The notes: a model not told the origin generated them from the sequence alone. Shown: positions 35,021 through 48,699, counted from the whole stretch's first letter. The stretch is 63,795 nucleotides of DNA, filler included, from Choristocarpus tenellus KU-1152 (GCA_964200185.2; 12 parts of 12 records of this genome joined end to end with filler, not necessarily neighbours in it); one strand, 5' to 3'. Made by a program: numbers and translations.

Positions 35021-37689
35021 GTATAGTAAATACAACACAACAGTAAGAGCCATGCCTAGGCGAAGATATTGGGATGTTTCGGGTTGCTGGGTGTACAAGG
35101 TATTCTATTTGCCAGATGTGATGTATACGCTGTTTTATTGATGTGAATGTTGCCTTTATATCTTTATGTTTTCTATGGCTCATGCACAACTGATATTCAT
35201 TACATAACTGCTGTAACCAGATTTTAAAATCACTCCTTGTATATTCAGTGTTTTGCAGAGCTGAGCACTAGTGGGATGGGTGAGTGAGAATGAAGAGGCA
35301 AGGAGGGGGGTAGGGCATCCTTTTTTTGAAAGACGAATAAGTGGTAGTATTGTTTGCGATTTCCGTCCGACTGTAGGGGTATGTGGCACTCAGGGCGAGT
35401 TGGATTTTGAAATGACAGGGTCAAGGTCTTGTAAGCTCATGTCTTGTAGCCTTCCAAAATGTTTCCAAAAATTCTTCAGAGAGCTTTGGAAACCCCAATA
35501 CTATTTTGTGTACCTCTGGAGGAGCATACAATTTTTTCAATAGTTGGGAGTGTCAGCAGAACGTGAATTCAATCGAGGAGTAGGTAAGCTGAGTCAGTTT
35601 GTGCCTGTATGGTTTGGTACTATTATTCTGCAGTGAGAGCATTTCGTTGTGCTTCGATTCCGTTGATACAGATGTGGAATTTGTGAGCATCTTTCAGATA
35701 ATTGGATGCTGCATTCCATGAAGTGGTCCTTGTTACAATTCCTAATTTATTATTATTATTATTTTATATATATATATTTTTTTTCACGGTGTTCCCGCCC
35801 CTCCTCGTGTAGATGCCATGTAATTCGAAGGGGAAGGTGTAGACTGTTGATCCCTCTGTCTATCCCATGGATTGGGCTGACTCCATCGGGCTTGAGTTCA
35901 TTCGCCGTAAGCCACTCTCCTTGATATCTCGTGCGTCTGGTTGCCCTCTCACAATTCGAGTGCTCATGCCATGCGCACCGGTTCTCGGTCTCGTGCGTTC
36001 GAGCAATCGATTAACAAAAAAAAAATGCTCCTGTACTACTGAGTAACATAGATAGAAGTGTGTGCTGTTGCTGTTGTGTGAGTGGAAGGTAACACACATG
36101 AAAGGCAAATATTCCAGATTTTTTTTTTTTATTCGAAGATGTTTTTTTTGTCCGTGTGTGTGTGTGTGTGTGTGTGTGTTGGTTGTGAAGTGAGAATTTT
36201 GAATGCGTTGAAAAGGTTGCGTTTAGATTTGGACATTGGTCGAATGCTGATTGTTCCAGCTTGCGTTGGGGTCGCCGCTGAAGTCCTTGAATGGATCTGC
36301 GCATGATCTACTGGTAAAAGCTCTTCCTGAGGTGTTGCATTTCTTTAGTTCTGAAATGCTTTGATCTTCACCACGACTAGAAAGAAAAGTAGTTCAGACA
36401 AGTATGAAAGAGTGAAAGTGTTGTTGACATCGTCTGCTCTCAAGTAGTACTCTGATCTCCAAGGTCATGTGTACAAAGTTTTTGACGGGTTGAAAGTTTT
36501 GATATGGATAATATTCGCTGGAAATGCTACGTTACTTTTTTTCTGTATTGAGCTCATTCGTACATATGTTCGTAGTGCACAAGTATTGCGGTCAACTCTT
36601 GAACAGAAATGAGCTGGATCTTGGAGAGTGGTGGAAGATATTTGTACGCTGACCTCGGCTACCTCCCACTACAACTGCATGATCTATCTCCAAGGTCCAA
36701 CATTTTGGTTACTTGACCTCTATGATCAAGTTTGTAGACGGGTTAAAAGGAAGTCCTTCTAGGATGGATATACGTGTGTGTTCATGACCTTTACAATGGC
36801 TGTAAATGAGATCCGCACAGTTGTTTTGCACCACTTCTCATTTTGTTAAGGGCTTTGTGCCCTAAAGTTTTGGAGAGTGAGAAGACCCTGAAACACTGAG
36901 TGTGTGTTTGTGTGTGTTTGTGTCTGTGTTTGTGCATTAGCTGGCTTGCCTTTTGTTCCACTTCCCCATTATTCCACACAGTAGTAGGAGATGCTTGTGG
37001 TCAATGAAATAATTCCTTGGGCGTGGGACATTATGTCTAGATGGTTGCAGGATGAAGGCATGCTGGTGACTCATGGTGGTGACGCAAGCCACTTTGCTAT
37101 CTGCGTGAATGTGGCCCTTTGTGCTCTGAACCCTAACCCTAGTCCCCAATCCTATTGCAGCAACTGCAATACTCCCTACAAGAACTCCCGTTCTCCCATC
37201 CATTTACCAAACACCTCATCTCCTNNNNNNNNNNNNNNNNNNNNNNNNNNNNNNNNNNNNNNNNNNNNTTAATTAATTAANNNNNNNNNNNNNNNNNNNN
37301 NNNNNNNNNNNNNNNNNNNNNNNNGGCATAATAATAATATATATTGTTGTATATCTGTTGGGGCTGTGTGGTGAAAAAAAGCATAAAAGTCACAGATGGC
37401 GAAGCTACTGGAACCACTTTATTCATATACTTGTCAGGGACAGGTTCTTTTTTTTTTATCTCCAACACACACATTATGCATAAGACGCGCGATCATACAC
37501 ATTTGCTCGCGCCAACCACGTCCTTTGAGCTCATCCATACCGACCAGTCCAATAAACCAACCACACCCATTAATCCAGATTTGACCAAACAGTCAAAATG
37601 GACTATCAGAACGAAGAACCATTCCGATTCTGACTGATCCATTTCTTTGCTGGGACGTTGCTCACTCATTCGGGAACGTCTGTTGTGTT

Positions 37690-37881
37690 TTTAGGTTTTT
37701 GGTCTGTACTGGATTTCCTCATCTGTTCTGAGATGTTGAGCCAAGGCCTTTGAAACTCGGTCTGACCCTCTGAGGTGAAGGAGTTTCAGTCCGGTGACTG
37801 TGATTGCCCCCTTGGCACCTTTGACACTTCCACAGTGGTACTCACGCCGAGGCTCGAACCCGGGACCTCGGCTTGTAGTAG
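37690..37881 (-). mobile_element. tRNA-derived SINE-like fragment (tRNA 3' half at 37881-37836 plus downstream body)
   Basis: Minus strand CTACTACAAGCCGAGGTCCCGGGTTCGAGCCTCGGCGTGAGTACCA has a T-arm/B-box (GGTTCGAGCC) but no D-arm or 5' acceptor strand. The extent of the body is a guess. Confidence 0.5.
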
Positions 37882-40800
37882 ATAATATCAATATGAATAT
37901 ATGTATCAATATCAATAACAACATGTAACAATTCTAGTAGGACGGAAATGTATGGTTTTCAAGGGTTAGGATATGAGATCAGATTGTATATTGATAGTGA
38001 CAAACATCAATAGTACTTAGATGAACTTCAACATGGACGGTTTCGACAAAACGCCTTTTCATTAATCCGTTCAACTGGCATGTCTACCACATCCCACCTT
38101 CACCACAATCAATATTCCTCGGATATTCGACGCTACATCAAAGTGCTGGGTAGGAGCCTGTCTTCCTTATCAACATAACTCTACATACTGCCAGGTGGGC
38201 GTCGATTGCGATCTCGGTTCTCGCCATCATTAACCTACTTGTGTGCCCAGTGTTTCCATGTAGCGATATAGTCGAAGGATCATCATGACGCAGGATTCAC
38301 ATGAACAAGCCTTGACTCCGTCCTAATCTAGAACGCTTGTAGAGACACATCGTACCGAAGAACTCGTCTCTACGCTTCAAATACGAGCCACTCGATCATG
38401 AAATATGTTTCAATCTAAAGAAGATACTGGATTGTGGAGTAAATGCTCTCTCACTACCAAGTTTTTCACTTTTCTTGCGCCGTCCCCTCCGGATGCAGCA
38501 TGCTATGGGCACCGATAAGGGCCCTAAAAGCCTTCTTCGACGCCCAGTCGACCAAAATCGCCCGAACAATATGGGCTAAGCCCACCCTAACTCCGAAGGC
38601 GACAAAGGCGTTCGGGATCAAGGTCTCGTTTCGCTTTGCGGGGACAAAGATCAGGACGTCAATCGAGTGGGCAGGAGTCAAGATCAGGAGCTTCTTCGGC
38701 TCCAAGACAAAGCATCTCAAGACCTTATTCCGCCTAAGTCCGAAAACACCCGTCAAGCCGCGTTCTTGCTTCGAGATATGGAGCGACTACTTCAATGACA
38801 AGAGGCGAGAAAATCCAACAATTCACATGACTCCGTACACCCTTAGGGTCTCAGGTTGGAAATCGTATCATATCATTGATAAGACACTTACCAAACAATT
38901 TCCGACAACTTTTCTCGCACTTATAGGTCTTCCATCGAGAAATTGGTCTCGGAGTTCACCAGGTTTGTGCACATGCCAGCACCACCATCTCTCCTCTGCC
39001 CAAAACATCAACCGTGCAATTGGAGAGAGGTGACAGGAGAAAGTGTTAACGTCACCACCGTATCGATGGTTCTGGTGGTCCTTCTTACTGTGGCGGCATA
39101 CTACCTGGGACTCATGCGGCGCAGAAGGCCAAAGCGGATAAACAATGTAAGCCAAACAATGTACGTACAGCTGAGCAAAATGTTCAACATCACTTCTTCA
39201 CTCTGCTCTGATGCTCTCATTCAATGAGGATTCAGTCACACCTTGACCATGAAACTGTGACGGTGTTTGGATTCAAAATATGACTTCCCCAAATATTGAA
39301 TAGAAGATTCCACTCCTCTCCCTCAAGTGTGTTGTTGTGGATGTGTCGCGAGTAATGACCTCGCTCACTGTCTGCCTTCCTCAAAAGAGGTCTGGCTACT
39401 AGCACCAGTTGTACCAATTCTACAGACTTAGCCCCTGAAATCAGACCTGGGTCCACAACTTGTCTTACACTTTGGCAAACAAAACACGTTGACAGAACTC
39501 CCTACCTTCTTTTCCATACTTATCGTCTCCCTCCCCATGCTCCCCCCCCTCCCCAGAAGCATCAATATGAGACAGCAGCTGTAGACTCAGAAATCGAGTC
39601 CAGGGTGTGGGGTCTCATTGCCCTTGCACAAGTGCAACCTTTGTCCTCAAGGACATCAGCACCTTCCCATCTGTCAGAGGGGACACTTCATCAACTCGAT
39701 GATGAATCACATGAGGTGTGAAAACCACCATAGAACCTGGTTGGTTGGCACTCTCTTTTGACGCATGCATGCATGTGGTATGTGGAATGCGGCATGTGTG
39801 AAGTCTATCATTTCTCTCTATGTTCATCTTCTTGTCAAACCCTTTTCATCTCCACGCCACTTACCCTTACCCTTAGGTACTGCACTTTGCTTCTGAATCT
39901 CGGGGCTCCACTACTCTCTATTGCATGCCCATCCAACTGATGAATATTCAGTGCTTCCAATAGTTTACATACTGTATACTTACAGATGCTTCCTGTCTGA
40001 TATACTCCTTACCACTTGGCCAAACTGGTGAATAGTCTTTCGAACTTGAGATCCTCAATACTCACTCTCAACCGTCCCCTCCTCCATCTCAGCAGATCCT
40101 AGAAGCCGGGAAGACAGACAAGGATATCGAATCGCGAGTATGGGTGCAATTAGCTCTAGCATCTACATCCATCCCAACATCATCTTCTCTGTTGCAACCA
40201 TCCTGGCACCACCTCAGGTCCCAAACACGAGCACCACCCCACCCATCCTAACTGGTGCCAGATGTATTGTCCAAGAAGCAGACAGAAAGCGTTGAACATG
40301 AGCAATCTCCCCTTTCCTTCTACAACCTTTGACCCGGGCAAGGTGGATTGGATCTCCCTCCGTTCCTTACACAGTTCATCAAGCAAGAACAAGGGGTTCA
40401 AGTCCATTTGACCTCCGAGCTCACCTGGGGTAGAGGAAGGTCATGGTTGTACTGCATCACCAGCAGCAATAAACACACATCAGTACACCACCGTCTTGGG
40501 CAAATCTACACTATGATTGATTGAGTACGGGAATGAGTGAATTCTGCCGCTGAAAGGTTGGGTAAACTGTGGTAATACAATATGTGTATGATATGTAGGG
40601 TAGTTGGTTTACACATATTGCAGTCACTATCAGTGAATGGTTTGAAGACAGGGATGTTCAATAGCAACAAATTCATTATATACCTTGACGTATTGTAGTA
40701 CCTATCATTACTTGTAGTAGATGATTTCTAGAGACAGACACCCCATTGGTGGATGTGGGTGCGAAGTTTGGAAAAAGAAGAATGAATCCAGGCAGGAGAT

Positions 40801-43643
40801 GGATGAGCCAGAGTAAATGCGACGGTGTGTTCCTTGAGGTGGTAGTGATCCAGGCCAACCCTGCATACAAAGTTTGCTCCTTGTGGAAGTTGATCAGAAG
40901 GTAGAGTAGGAGGGGTATTCCCGGATATCAATCTAGTGCAGCTCTTGTTTCAGTCTGGTTGGTGTCAGCCACATATGTAAATGAGCATGCAGGTTCCTGT
41001 GCTCTATGAAAAACAAGTACAGCAGTCAGATGACACTGTGATACTACGAATAGACCAACCTCAACATGAGTGCTGCATGATACAACCTGACTCGAATTAT
41101 GCAGTCCTCTACCTTAGTAGATAGACTCTGTATGACCATCAAATGCTGAGGTGAATACTCTCCTAAGCACATGGAATGTGGATCATACATGACATTAATA
41201 TATGATGTGTAGATAGTATGAGTCACTCACAAGATACACAAAGAGACCGTGCAAGACCTCAACAGCAACAAAATCTGGGTCAATCATACTTGAGGGCAAG
41301 TCTTCTCTATCAAGTGACCAAGTTCATTTCATTGTTTGTACCACTCACTCTGCTGTACTCCATGTGATGGAAGGGAGAAGATATATATGGGTAGGGGTAG
41401 AATGAACACTCTGTGTTGATTGCACAAATACTGTTGATAAAGCCCCTCATCTCCCCCCCTCCCCCGAACACTTAGTGTGTTTCATTCATATACCCAGGAG
41501 AGTATTGTTGTGTAGGTGTTTCAAGTAGGCCATGTCTATTTCTTTGTGATTTGGATGAGTGATCAAGGATTTTATAGTTATCTAATTGTGAAGAACCTGT
41601 TCAGGACTTGAGGTAAAACATCTTGGGGTATATGAGAAGGATAACTTACAGGTGGTATATGTTGAGTACAATGAGAGAGAACAGCATGATACCACATTGT
41701 ATTCCATATGCAGAGGTCCAATATACGGTCTTGCATGCCTTGTCACTTGAATGAGCTAGAAGATCCACCAATGAGACATATTCTGGGAGGAAATCGTGGG
41801 CATAGATTTCACCAATCACAGGCCCCCATTCCACTAAATATAACGGCGGGGTTTATGTTACAGAGTACCTTTCTCGATATATCACAAATTATTTATTGCT
41901 TGTCCATACCTCACAAAATACATCCTTTCTGAGACAGCCTTGGTAGGAAAACTGCTATAGGAGGATGGTTCTAAATGTTGTGGGAGTTCCACATGCAAAC
42001 AATGGATTATGGTCAGGGTTCAAATGTTTGTGGTAATTCATTTTAGGTTATAGAATGACAACAGTGTTTAGTTGGAGTGGAAGTGATGCTGTAGTTAGAT
42101 GGTTTAAAAAGTCAATGGAGCACCCATCCCCACCCCCACCGCCCCCAATCTCATCATGGATCTCATTCATGGCTCTGGGAGGATTTTTTGTAGGTGATGG
42201 GAGCAGGAGGAGGATAGCTCTAGGTCCGGGTGAAAGTGATGCTATGTGTGATCATTCAAATGCTTGCCAGAGCCCCCATCCCGCCCTCTCCTCATTCTAA
42301 ATGCATCGTATTTCTCGTTCAAGCTTGTTAGCTGTTGTATTAATAGTCACTCTTGTAGGTGATACTCGGAAGACAGTTCTAGGGGTGGATAGTTGTGGTG
42401 CTGTGGGTGGTTAGTAGCAACCCCCTCCCCTACCTTCAACTCAATTAGGGTTAGGGTTAAAACCTTGTCATACTTTGTACAGTAAAGCAGGCTGTAGAAG
42501 GAAGATAAAAAAGATGGGTATGGAAGTGATGCTGTTGTATCTGTCACTCAAGCACCACCCATCTCTCATACAAAAATATTTTAAGGCATACATCTCATTC
42601 ACATCTTTTGTAGCAATGCATTTTGTGTGGGACCCAGAAGACACCTATGGGCTGATCATTTGCATGAATAATTTCTAATCATTGCCAGGCAATACCCTCC
42701 CAACCAGTTGATCATTTCCCAGGCTCCACCTGTCATCCTCTGCTGAAAATTCAATGCTTGTGCAGGATACCTGTGGGCAACTACAACAAACTACTAAGAA
42801 TAATACTGTTACCCTCATTACTAAGACGAGATTGAAATAGTTGGCATCCACTCCATGAAAATGGTATTTTCCTCTTCCACTATGTATTCTTGAGCTTCTA
42901 ATTTCTGGTTTTCATGTTTTTAGAGTAATGTTGTGTATGACTGTAATGATATGAACTAGTTATCTGATACTGCAGTACTGTGTCGTAGTCGTTTACTGAG
43001 GTGTTTGTGCACCATACAAGGGATCACTTATTCCTGAGTTATGATAAATGGGAACGAAAAATGAAACTGTTGATCAAAAAGACCTTGTGAAGCTTCCCAA
43101 CATATTTCACGTCAAGCTATCTGTCAAATAACTGATGATGATTGAAGATGCCACCCTCGCCCCCTCCATTACAATTGTCATCAATCACCCCAAAAGTTTT
43201 GATATTTGAATTTCCACTGATGCCAAATTGCTACCCACCCGAACTACTTGTCAGAAGTACGTAACGATTTGAAGCCAGAGACTAATTAACCTGAACAGAC
43301 ATTATAAAAACATAAAAACAAAAATTCAGTCATTCACAAGCAGAAATGACATAGACACAGCAACTTATGTGTTTTGTGACCTCAAAATAAGGCAAGCATG
43401 ATCTTGGGCACAGGGAAAAAAATCTATCTTATTTGCTGGCAGGCCATTGATTCTGACATCAAATTGGCACCAACTACATATGGGGGGGGGGGGGGGGGCC
43501 AAAGGAGGGTGTGGGGGTGAGGGGTTAAGCGCTGGACACAAGGNNNNNNNNNNNNNNNNNNNNNNNNNNNNNNNNNNNNNNNNNNNNTTAATTAATTAAN
43601 NNNNNNNNNNNNNNNNNNNNNNNNNNNNNNNNNNNNNNNNNNN

Positions 43644-43692
43644 ACTGAAACGGACACCCCGTCACAACCCCCCCCCCCAGATACTTTGAGTC
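43644..43692. mobile_element. MITE A2 terminal fragment at a contig edge (other A-type fragments: 1182-1227, 6803-6825, 46353-46390, 52110-52150, 60921-60959, 61060-61107)
   Basis: AAACGGACACCCCGTCACAA-polyC-AGATACTTTGAGTC matches the reverse complement of the left end of 51734-51915. Confidence 0.7.
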
Positions 43693-44365
43693 ATGTAATA
43701 TCTCCTATCCCATTACCCCATGCACAGTCTTGTGTCAGCAAAAATTACATTCCCCCTTTCCACACACAAGATGACATCATTATTAATCAAATGCCCTTTC
43801 CGGAATGGCAATAGAAGAGCGTCTTTTTTTTATCATTTCTGAGGATCCTTAAAATGCAACCTTTCCTAACACTCTTTATTAATTCGGCTCTTTTTGAAAC
43901 TACTAGTCGGATGCAGCAATCGATACACCAATGTGCAGGTACTTGCTCCCTGATGATCTCAAATAAAGCATCAGAACACGACGAATCAGCTTCTCCTTGT
44001 ATACTACCACCTTCATAGTAGAAGAAATGGAAAAGGGTCTTAGTTACTGTAGATACTTCGTAGTCCAATGTGTTGTGTCTTAACATTATTATTCCCACAC
44101 AGACATAACTGTAGGTAGATGTTGTCATCGTAGAAGGAGCAAGGAGAAACACAAGGTAAAGAGAATAACAAAAGCATAACACAAACAGAGTGTGCATTGC
44201 TTACAGTTGGAAAGTCCTTGGCATACACCAAAAAGAGATGTGGTGTATTTGAAAACAAGAAAACAAGAAATATATATTTCTAAGAAAATTATAGCTGAGA
44301 CCGCTCCGTTATCTGACCATGAGTCGGGATAGTCCCCAGACTATGACATTGTGAAGAATAAAATT

Positions 44366-44612
44366 GAGTGAAAGTATCTTAGAGGGTACGAGTTTTGCCC
44401 TGTTTGTCCATTTGGGGCTTGGCTTCCCATGGGGTTTTTGTGATATTTTTCCTACTCCGAAATGATTTGGAGTAGGTAATATGTATGGTGTGTCCGGAAC
44501 AAGGATACTGACACTTCCTAACAAATACGATGGATAAAATTACATGGAAATCGCAACATTGGATTTCGGCCCCCGAATGGACGCGCCCCTACCCTCCAAG
44601 ATACTTTGACTC
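44366..44612 (+). mobile_element. MITE family B, complete (247 bp)
   Basis: TIRs GAGTGAAAGTATCTTAGAGGGTA and TACCCTCCAAGATACTTTGACTC, with TSD ATT/ATT. Confidence 0.93.
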
Positions 44613-44929
44613 ATTAGTAATAGGAGTGAAAAGTGTTTTGGATAGAGTTGGTGGGTTTAGGTGGTAGTGCAGCACGACTAAGAAACACATGGTTTATGGT
44701 ACATCTCAAATGATCCCATTCGTAGTAAGTTCGTAACATCATACCCCTCCATTTACTATCAGTTTCCAATTTCTAGTTCTTTTATATCTCAGTAATTAAG
44801 GGTTATGGAGGCTGTTCAATTATATGGATTTTGATGGTTCAATTCCCCTTGACACAACACTTTTTTCATGGAAATCCGGTTTCGACTATCCAAAGTTCAC
44901 TTGGCAACCACTATGGATTTTGTACCTCT

Positions 44930-45175
44930 GAATCAAAGTAAAAGAGAGGTACCCAGAGTTGCATTTTCAGAATATCTGCTAATATGTTTGGCCTTTCTTA
45001 CAAAAGCATGTGAGATATTATCCGAACTGTATCGAAACCTTTCGAAAAATAGAGAAATAGACCCTCTCGAGTCAAACTTAGCACTTCCTCCATGCAAACA
45101 TTGGTGAACTGCAAGTGAAAATTGGCTTATATCCAAAACGATCAAAAACTGGGTATCTCTCGTTTAGTTTGGCTT
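44930..45175 (+). mobile_element. MITE family C, diverged copy
   Basis: GAATCAAAGTAAAAGAGAGGTACCCAG...CTGGGTATCTCTCGTTTAGTTTGGCTT, TSD TCT/TCT, collinear with 61511-61779. Confidence 0.82.
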
Positions 45176-46534
45176 TCTATCATTCTATCTCTTTCTATAT
45201 CACAAAAACATTCGACCAAGAACGAGTTGGAAAGGCGTCATTCATTGGCAAGGTAGCCGAGGTAGGTAACAAATAATAGTGAGGAGGTGGAGTGATAGGC
45301 GACCAGTGGAATGACTGAACCCAACACGTGGAAAGGAAGGCACGGACGAAGACAGAGTACAAATATGCAATAAAAATATTAGTGTTCCAATTCCCAATTC
45401 CCAATCATTAGTGGCCAACTTGCCCGAGAAAAAGTCCCATTAAAAACCCGGGTCCTGATCAAGGAGTTCTCTTGTTGATGAAAGAAAAATACACACAAAT
45501 GGTAGACCGTGTTGGTGATGTGGGTTCTGCATCTCCATGGAACCGTAAAATCAGAGGGTAATTACCATGGTCCTTACGTGGTAGCATACCTGAGTAAGAC
45601 CATGGGAAATAGTTGGGGTGGTCCTAACTTGTTATTTATGGAAACAAGGTATTTGTCGTGAGGCAGGGTCCAATCAGTCGTGGGGGGTGTTCAGAATCAC
45701 CAGTTAGTTGTGTCATGGTGGGGTGCTTCCAGCAATCCTAAAGCTCTCTGCCACCAAAACTTAGGAGAAGTATGAAGAGAATCCCAGATCCACCAGATGA
45801 CGTCACATCTTGGTGATCGTCAACGGTAAGAGGTCTGAGAATTCTCAAGAGTTCTCTGTGTTTGATGTTGGTGGGAACGTCACCAATGACAAAGAAATGT
45901 GGGCGCAAGGCGCTTTTGTGTGCGTGCGGATGTGTATTTGGACTGAGATCCGCTCCCAATGGACCTGTCTGTCACATATTATTTAATTAGGAGGTGAGGT
46001 AGTGAAATTGTGAAGGAGTTCTGTTATCGCCAGCTACTTTTCAGGAAAATCCGCTTTGATGATTTGAAGTCCACATGGCAACCACTACCAATTGCACACC
46101 TGTGTACTACCATCTTTGGGCAATATGACTAGTCATTCTTATGTTGGTGTTGTGGAACCGATTGAATTTACGGTTTAAATTAATACAATTCAGAACAATG
46201 GTGACAACGTGTAAATATGCATGGAGAATATACTACCAACTGTGACGATGTGTACAAAAGCTAAATAGCATCCTCCCACAGGACGAATCAGAGTGGGGGG
46301 TGGTCAAACCAACAAGTTTATTGTGAAGGGTATTTCCACTGTACATGCCATTGGGTCAAAGTATATGGGGGGGGGTGGTGGTTTGTGAGGNNNNNNNNNN
46401 NNNNNNNNNNNNNNNNNNNNNNNNNNNNNNNNNNTTAATTAATTAANNNNNNNNNNNNNNNNNNNNNNNNNNNNNNNNNNNNNNNNNNNNAAGCCCGAAC
46501 GAAGGTCGAAAGGGCTCGCAAGGCGGAGGAGAAA

Positions 46535-46710
46535 GACCCAAAGTATCTGGGGGGGGGGGGGCTTCACCAGGGTGTCTAATTGATCCATAACCAGGAAGAG
46601 TGTACATATATTATCCACCTGACGTATGCAACCAAATCACCCAAAAATCACGACATAAAAAAATTGGCCCCAAATGGACAGCCGCCACCCCCCCCCAGAT
46701 ACTTTAAGTT
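46535..46710 (-). mobile_element. MITE family A1, complete (176 bp)
   Basis: TIRs GACCCAAAGTATCTGGGG and CCCCAGATACTTTAAGTT, with TSD AAA/AAA. Confidence 0.9.
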
Positions 46711-47029
46711 AAAGCGACCTTAACAAAGGCAGCTGCGGAGACTTTTCGATATCACCAAATCCTTTACTTTGAAGAGATCGCAAAGAAGGTGGAGGTAGCC
46801 GTCAACAAGGACGCCAGGGAATAAGAGGAGGTGAGATTGAGACTATTTGCACACCAGTGGTTTGGTGTCTCCCACTTCTTGTATTATGCCGTATATTCAC
46901 TCTTGTTCCTGGACTTAGGGCTGGACGTATAAAGTTGATCAAGGCCTTCTCCCAGCCTGGATTTATTCGAGAAATCAACACAATTTTCGATCAACTCAAG
47001 CCTGTCCTCCCTCGCCCTTGCACCTTTGA

Positions 47030-47300
47030 TGAAAAAATATATCACCCGTTCAGGAAAAACGGACAACGCCCATTTCCGACGCTCAAAAAGGTAATGTGAT
47101 AGTTAAAGCTCTAACACTGCGAATCCTGTACGTGTGTATGAACAACGGGAATGACCTTCAAATGGCGCTCGAGATGGCAGCAAGATATGCGATGGTCAGC
47201 CCGGAAACTGTGAGTAAATGGGAGAGAGACTTCCTAACTAAGGGCCACACCAAGGTGTCGGAGCAACGGCGCTATGAGAGGTGTTTCTTCAAAAAATAGA
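47030..47300 (+). pseudogene. Possible transposase N-terminal HTH remnant
   Basis: ALEMAARYAMVSPETVSKWERDFLTKGHTKVSEQRRY resembles the A....VS..TV..W...F...G HTH of IS630/Tc1-like transposases. No catalytic domain follows. Confidence 0.35.
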
Positions 47301-48444
47301 AAAATGGCGAAAACAAACGGAGCCAGTGCTCTGGAGGGCCTGGTGACGTGCATCACGGAGTTGCTTTTACTTTTTAAATCCGATGTCTACATCAAAGATT
47401 ATGACGGGACAACCCCAGAGAGAGGGTGAAGCTATTGGTACGACTATATACCAGCACTTTCCACTGTTTGTGACAACTACCACCACCACTATTCTCTACA
47501 AGTGACTGATGAGAGCTCTATCCATTCCGGTACATATAGGATTGAAAACGTGTGACGACAAGACCATTATCTCACAGTAATCTTGGTAAGAAGAAAAAGT
47601 AAAATTGTGGAAGAAGAAATGTGTAGAAACTTGTAGAAGGAGCAAGGAAGAGAGTCAGCGCTGGTATCAAAGATCGTCATTTAATAGCGTGTTTTTAGGC
47701 AATAGTATGAACATAGTATATTCGTTACACAATACTTTACCCATATGTGCAAGAAAAGCAAGTAGTACGACATGATGAACACCCCTTGCCTAAGAACATC
47801 ACTACTTACACTAAACTAACCACAATGATACCCTCCAAGGCACATGTTGGAGTATCAAAGATTAGCCAGACCACATAATCCTAACGCTGACCCTAATTCG
47901 TAACCCGTGGGGTTACCCAACAAAATGTAATGAAGCGACCATGCATATCATACATCACACAAGAAGTTTGTGTGTATACAGCAACTATGAGTCAGAGTAT
48001 GATATATATATATATATGATCTCAACACTTGACTTGTAACTACTTCGTATGTTGTGACTGGAAGTTCATTCATCACTGTCGGCATTGATTGGAGTGGTTT
48101 CCCGACCCTGTCCTTCCCTAGCCACAGATCCTACCCCTTCCTCCCCTCTATCTGTCAACTCTATGGTCTGGGCGTCATTCTTGACCTCCTTGTCAGGGGC
48201 AAGCTCGCAATGGGCTCTGCAGTCCACAACTCTGTGACCTCCCATGGTTATTTCCATTCACTCTATAACCCATTTGATAGTATTTAAGAAAACTGTATGG
48301 ATGGACTACACACTATTCTGAACAGGTTGGAGCCATTTCCTCATTTCGAATTGTGCTTCCCCATCACACGAGTCGTTTGCTTTGAGGGACCTTGGCAATT
48401 TTTTTGCTCAGGTCAAACTCCTCATCTCACCAGCTAGCTGTAAA

Positions 48445-48699
48445 GAGTGAAAGTATCTCAGAGGGAACGAGTTTCGCCCTGTTTGTCCGTTTAGGGCTTG
48501 GGTTCCGAGAGTTTTTTTTATGACATTTTACCCACTCTGAAATGTTTCGGAGTAGGGTGTAATTTATGAAAAGGTGTGTCCGAAAAAGGATATTGACACT
48601 TCCTAACAAATACGATAATAGCTAAAATTACTTCAAAATCGCAAAATTGGATTTTGACCCCAAATGGATGCGGCTCTACCCTCTAAGATACATTGACTT
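48445..48699 (+). mobile_element. MITE family B, complete
   Basis: GAGTGAAAGTATCTCAGAGGG...TACCCTCTAAGATACATTGACTT, flanked by TAAA/TAAA. Confidence 0.9.

Noticed and set aside
37836-37881. Functional tRNA gene
   Set aside because: Only the T-arm and 3' acceptor side are present. The upstream sequence is AT-rich with no D-arm or A-box.
39500-42000. Possible further retroelement relics (for example ELGGQMDLNPLFLLDEL at ~40350-40430)
   Set aside because: The similarity to REL-element C-termini or copia domains is too faint to support without a profile search.
44309-44524. Recurrent short ORFs (MLGSVSILVPDT..., PSPKWTNRAKLVPSKILSL) as a small-protein family
   Set aside because: They are chance translations of MITE B copies, and frames and stops are not conserved between copies.
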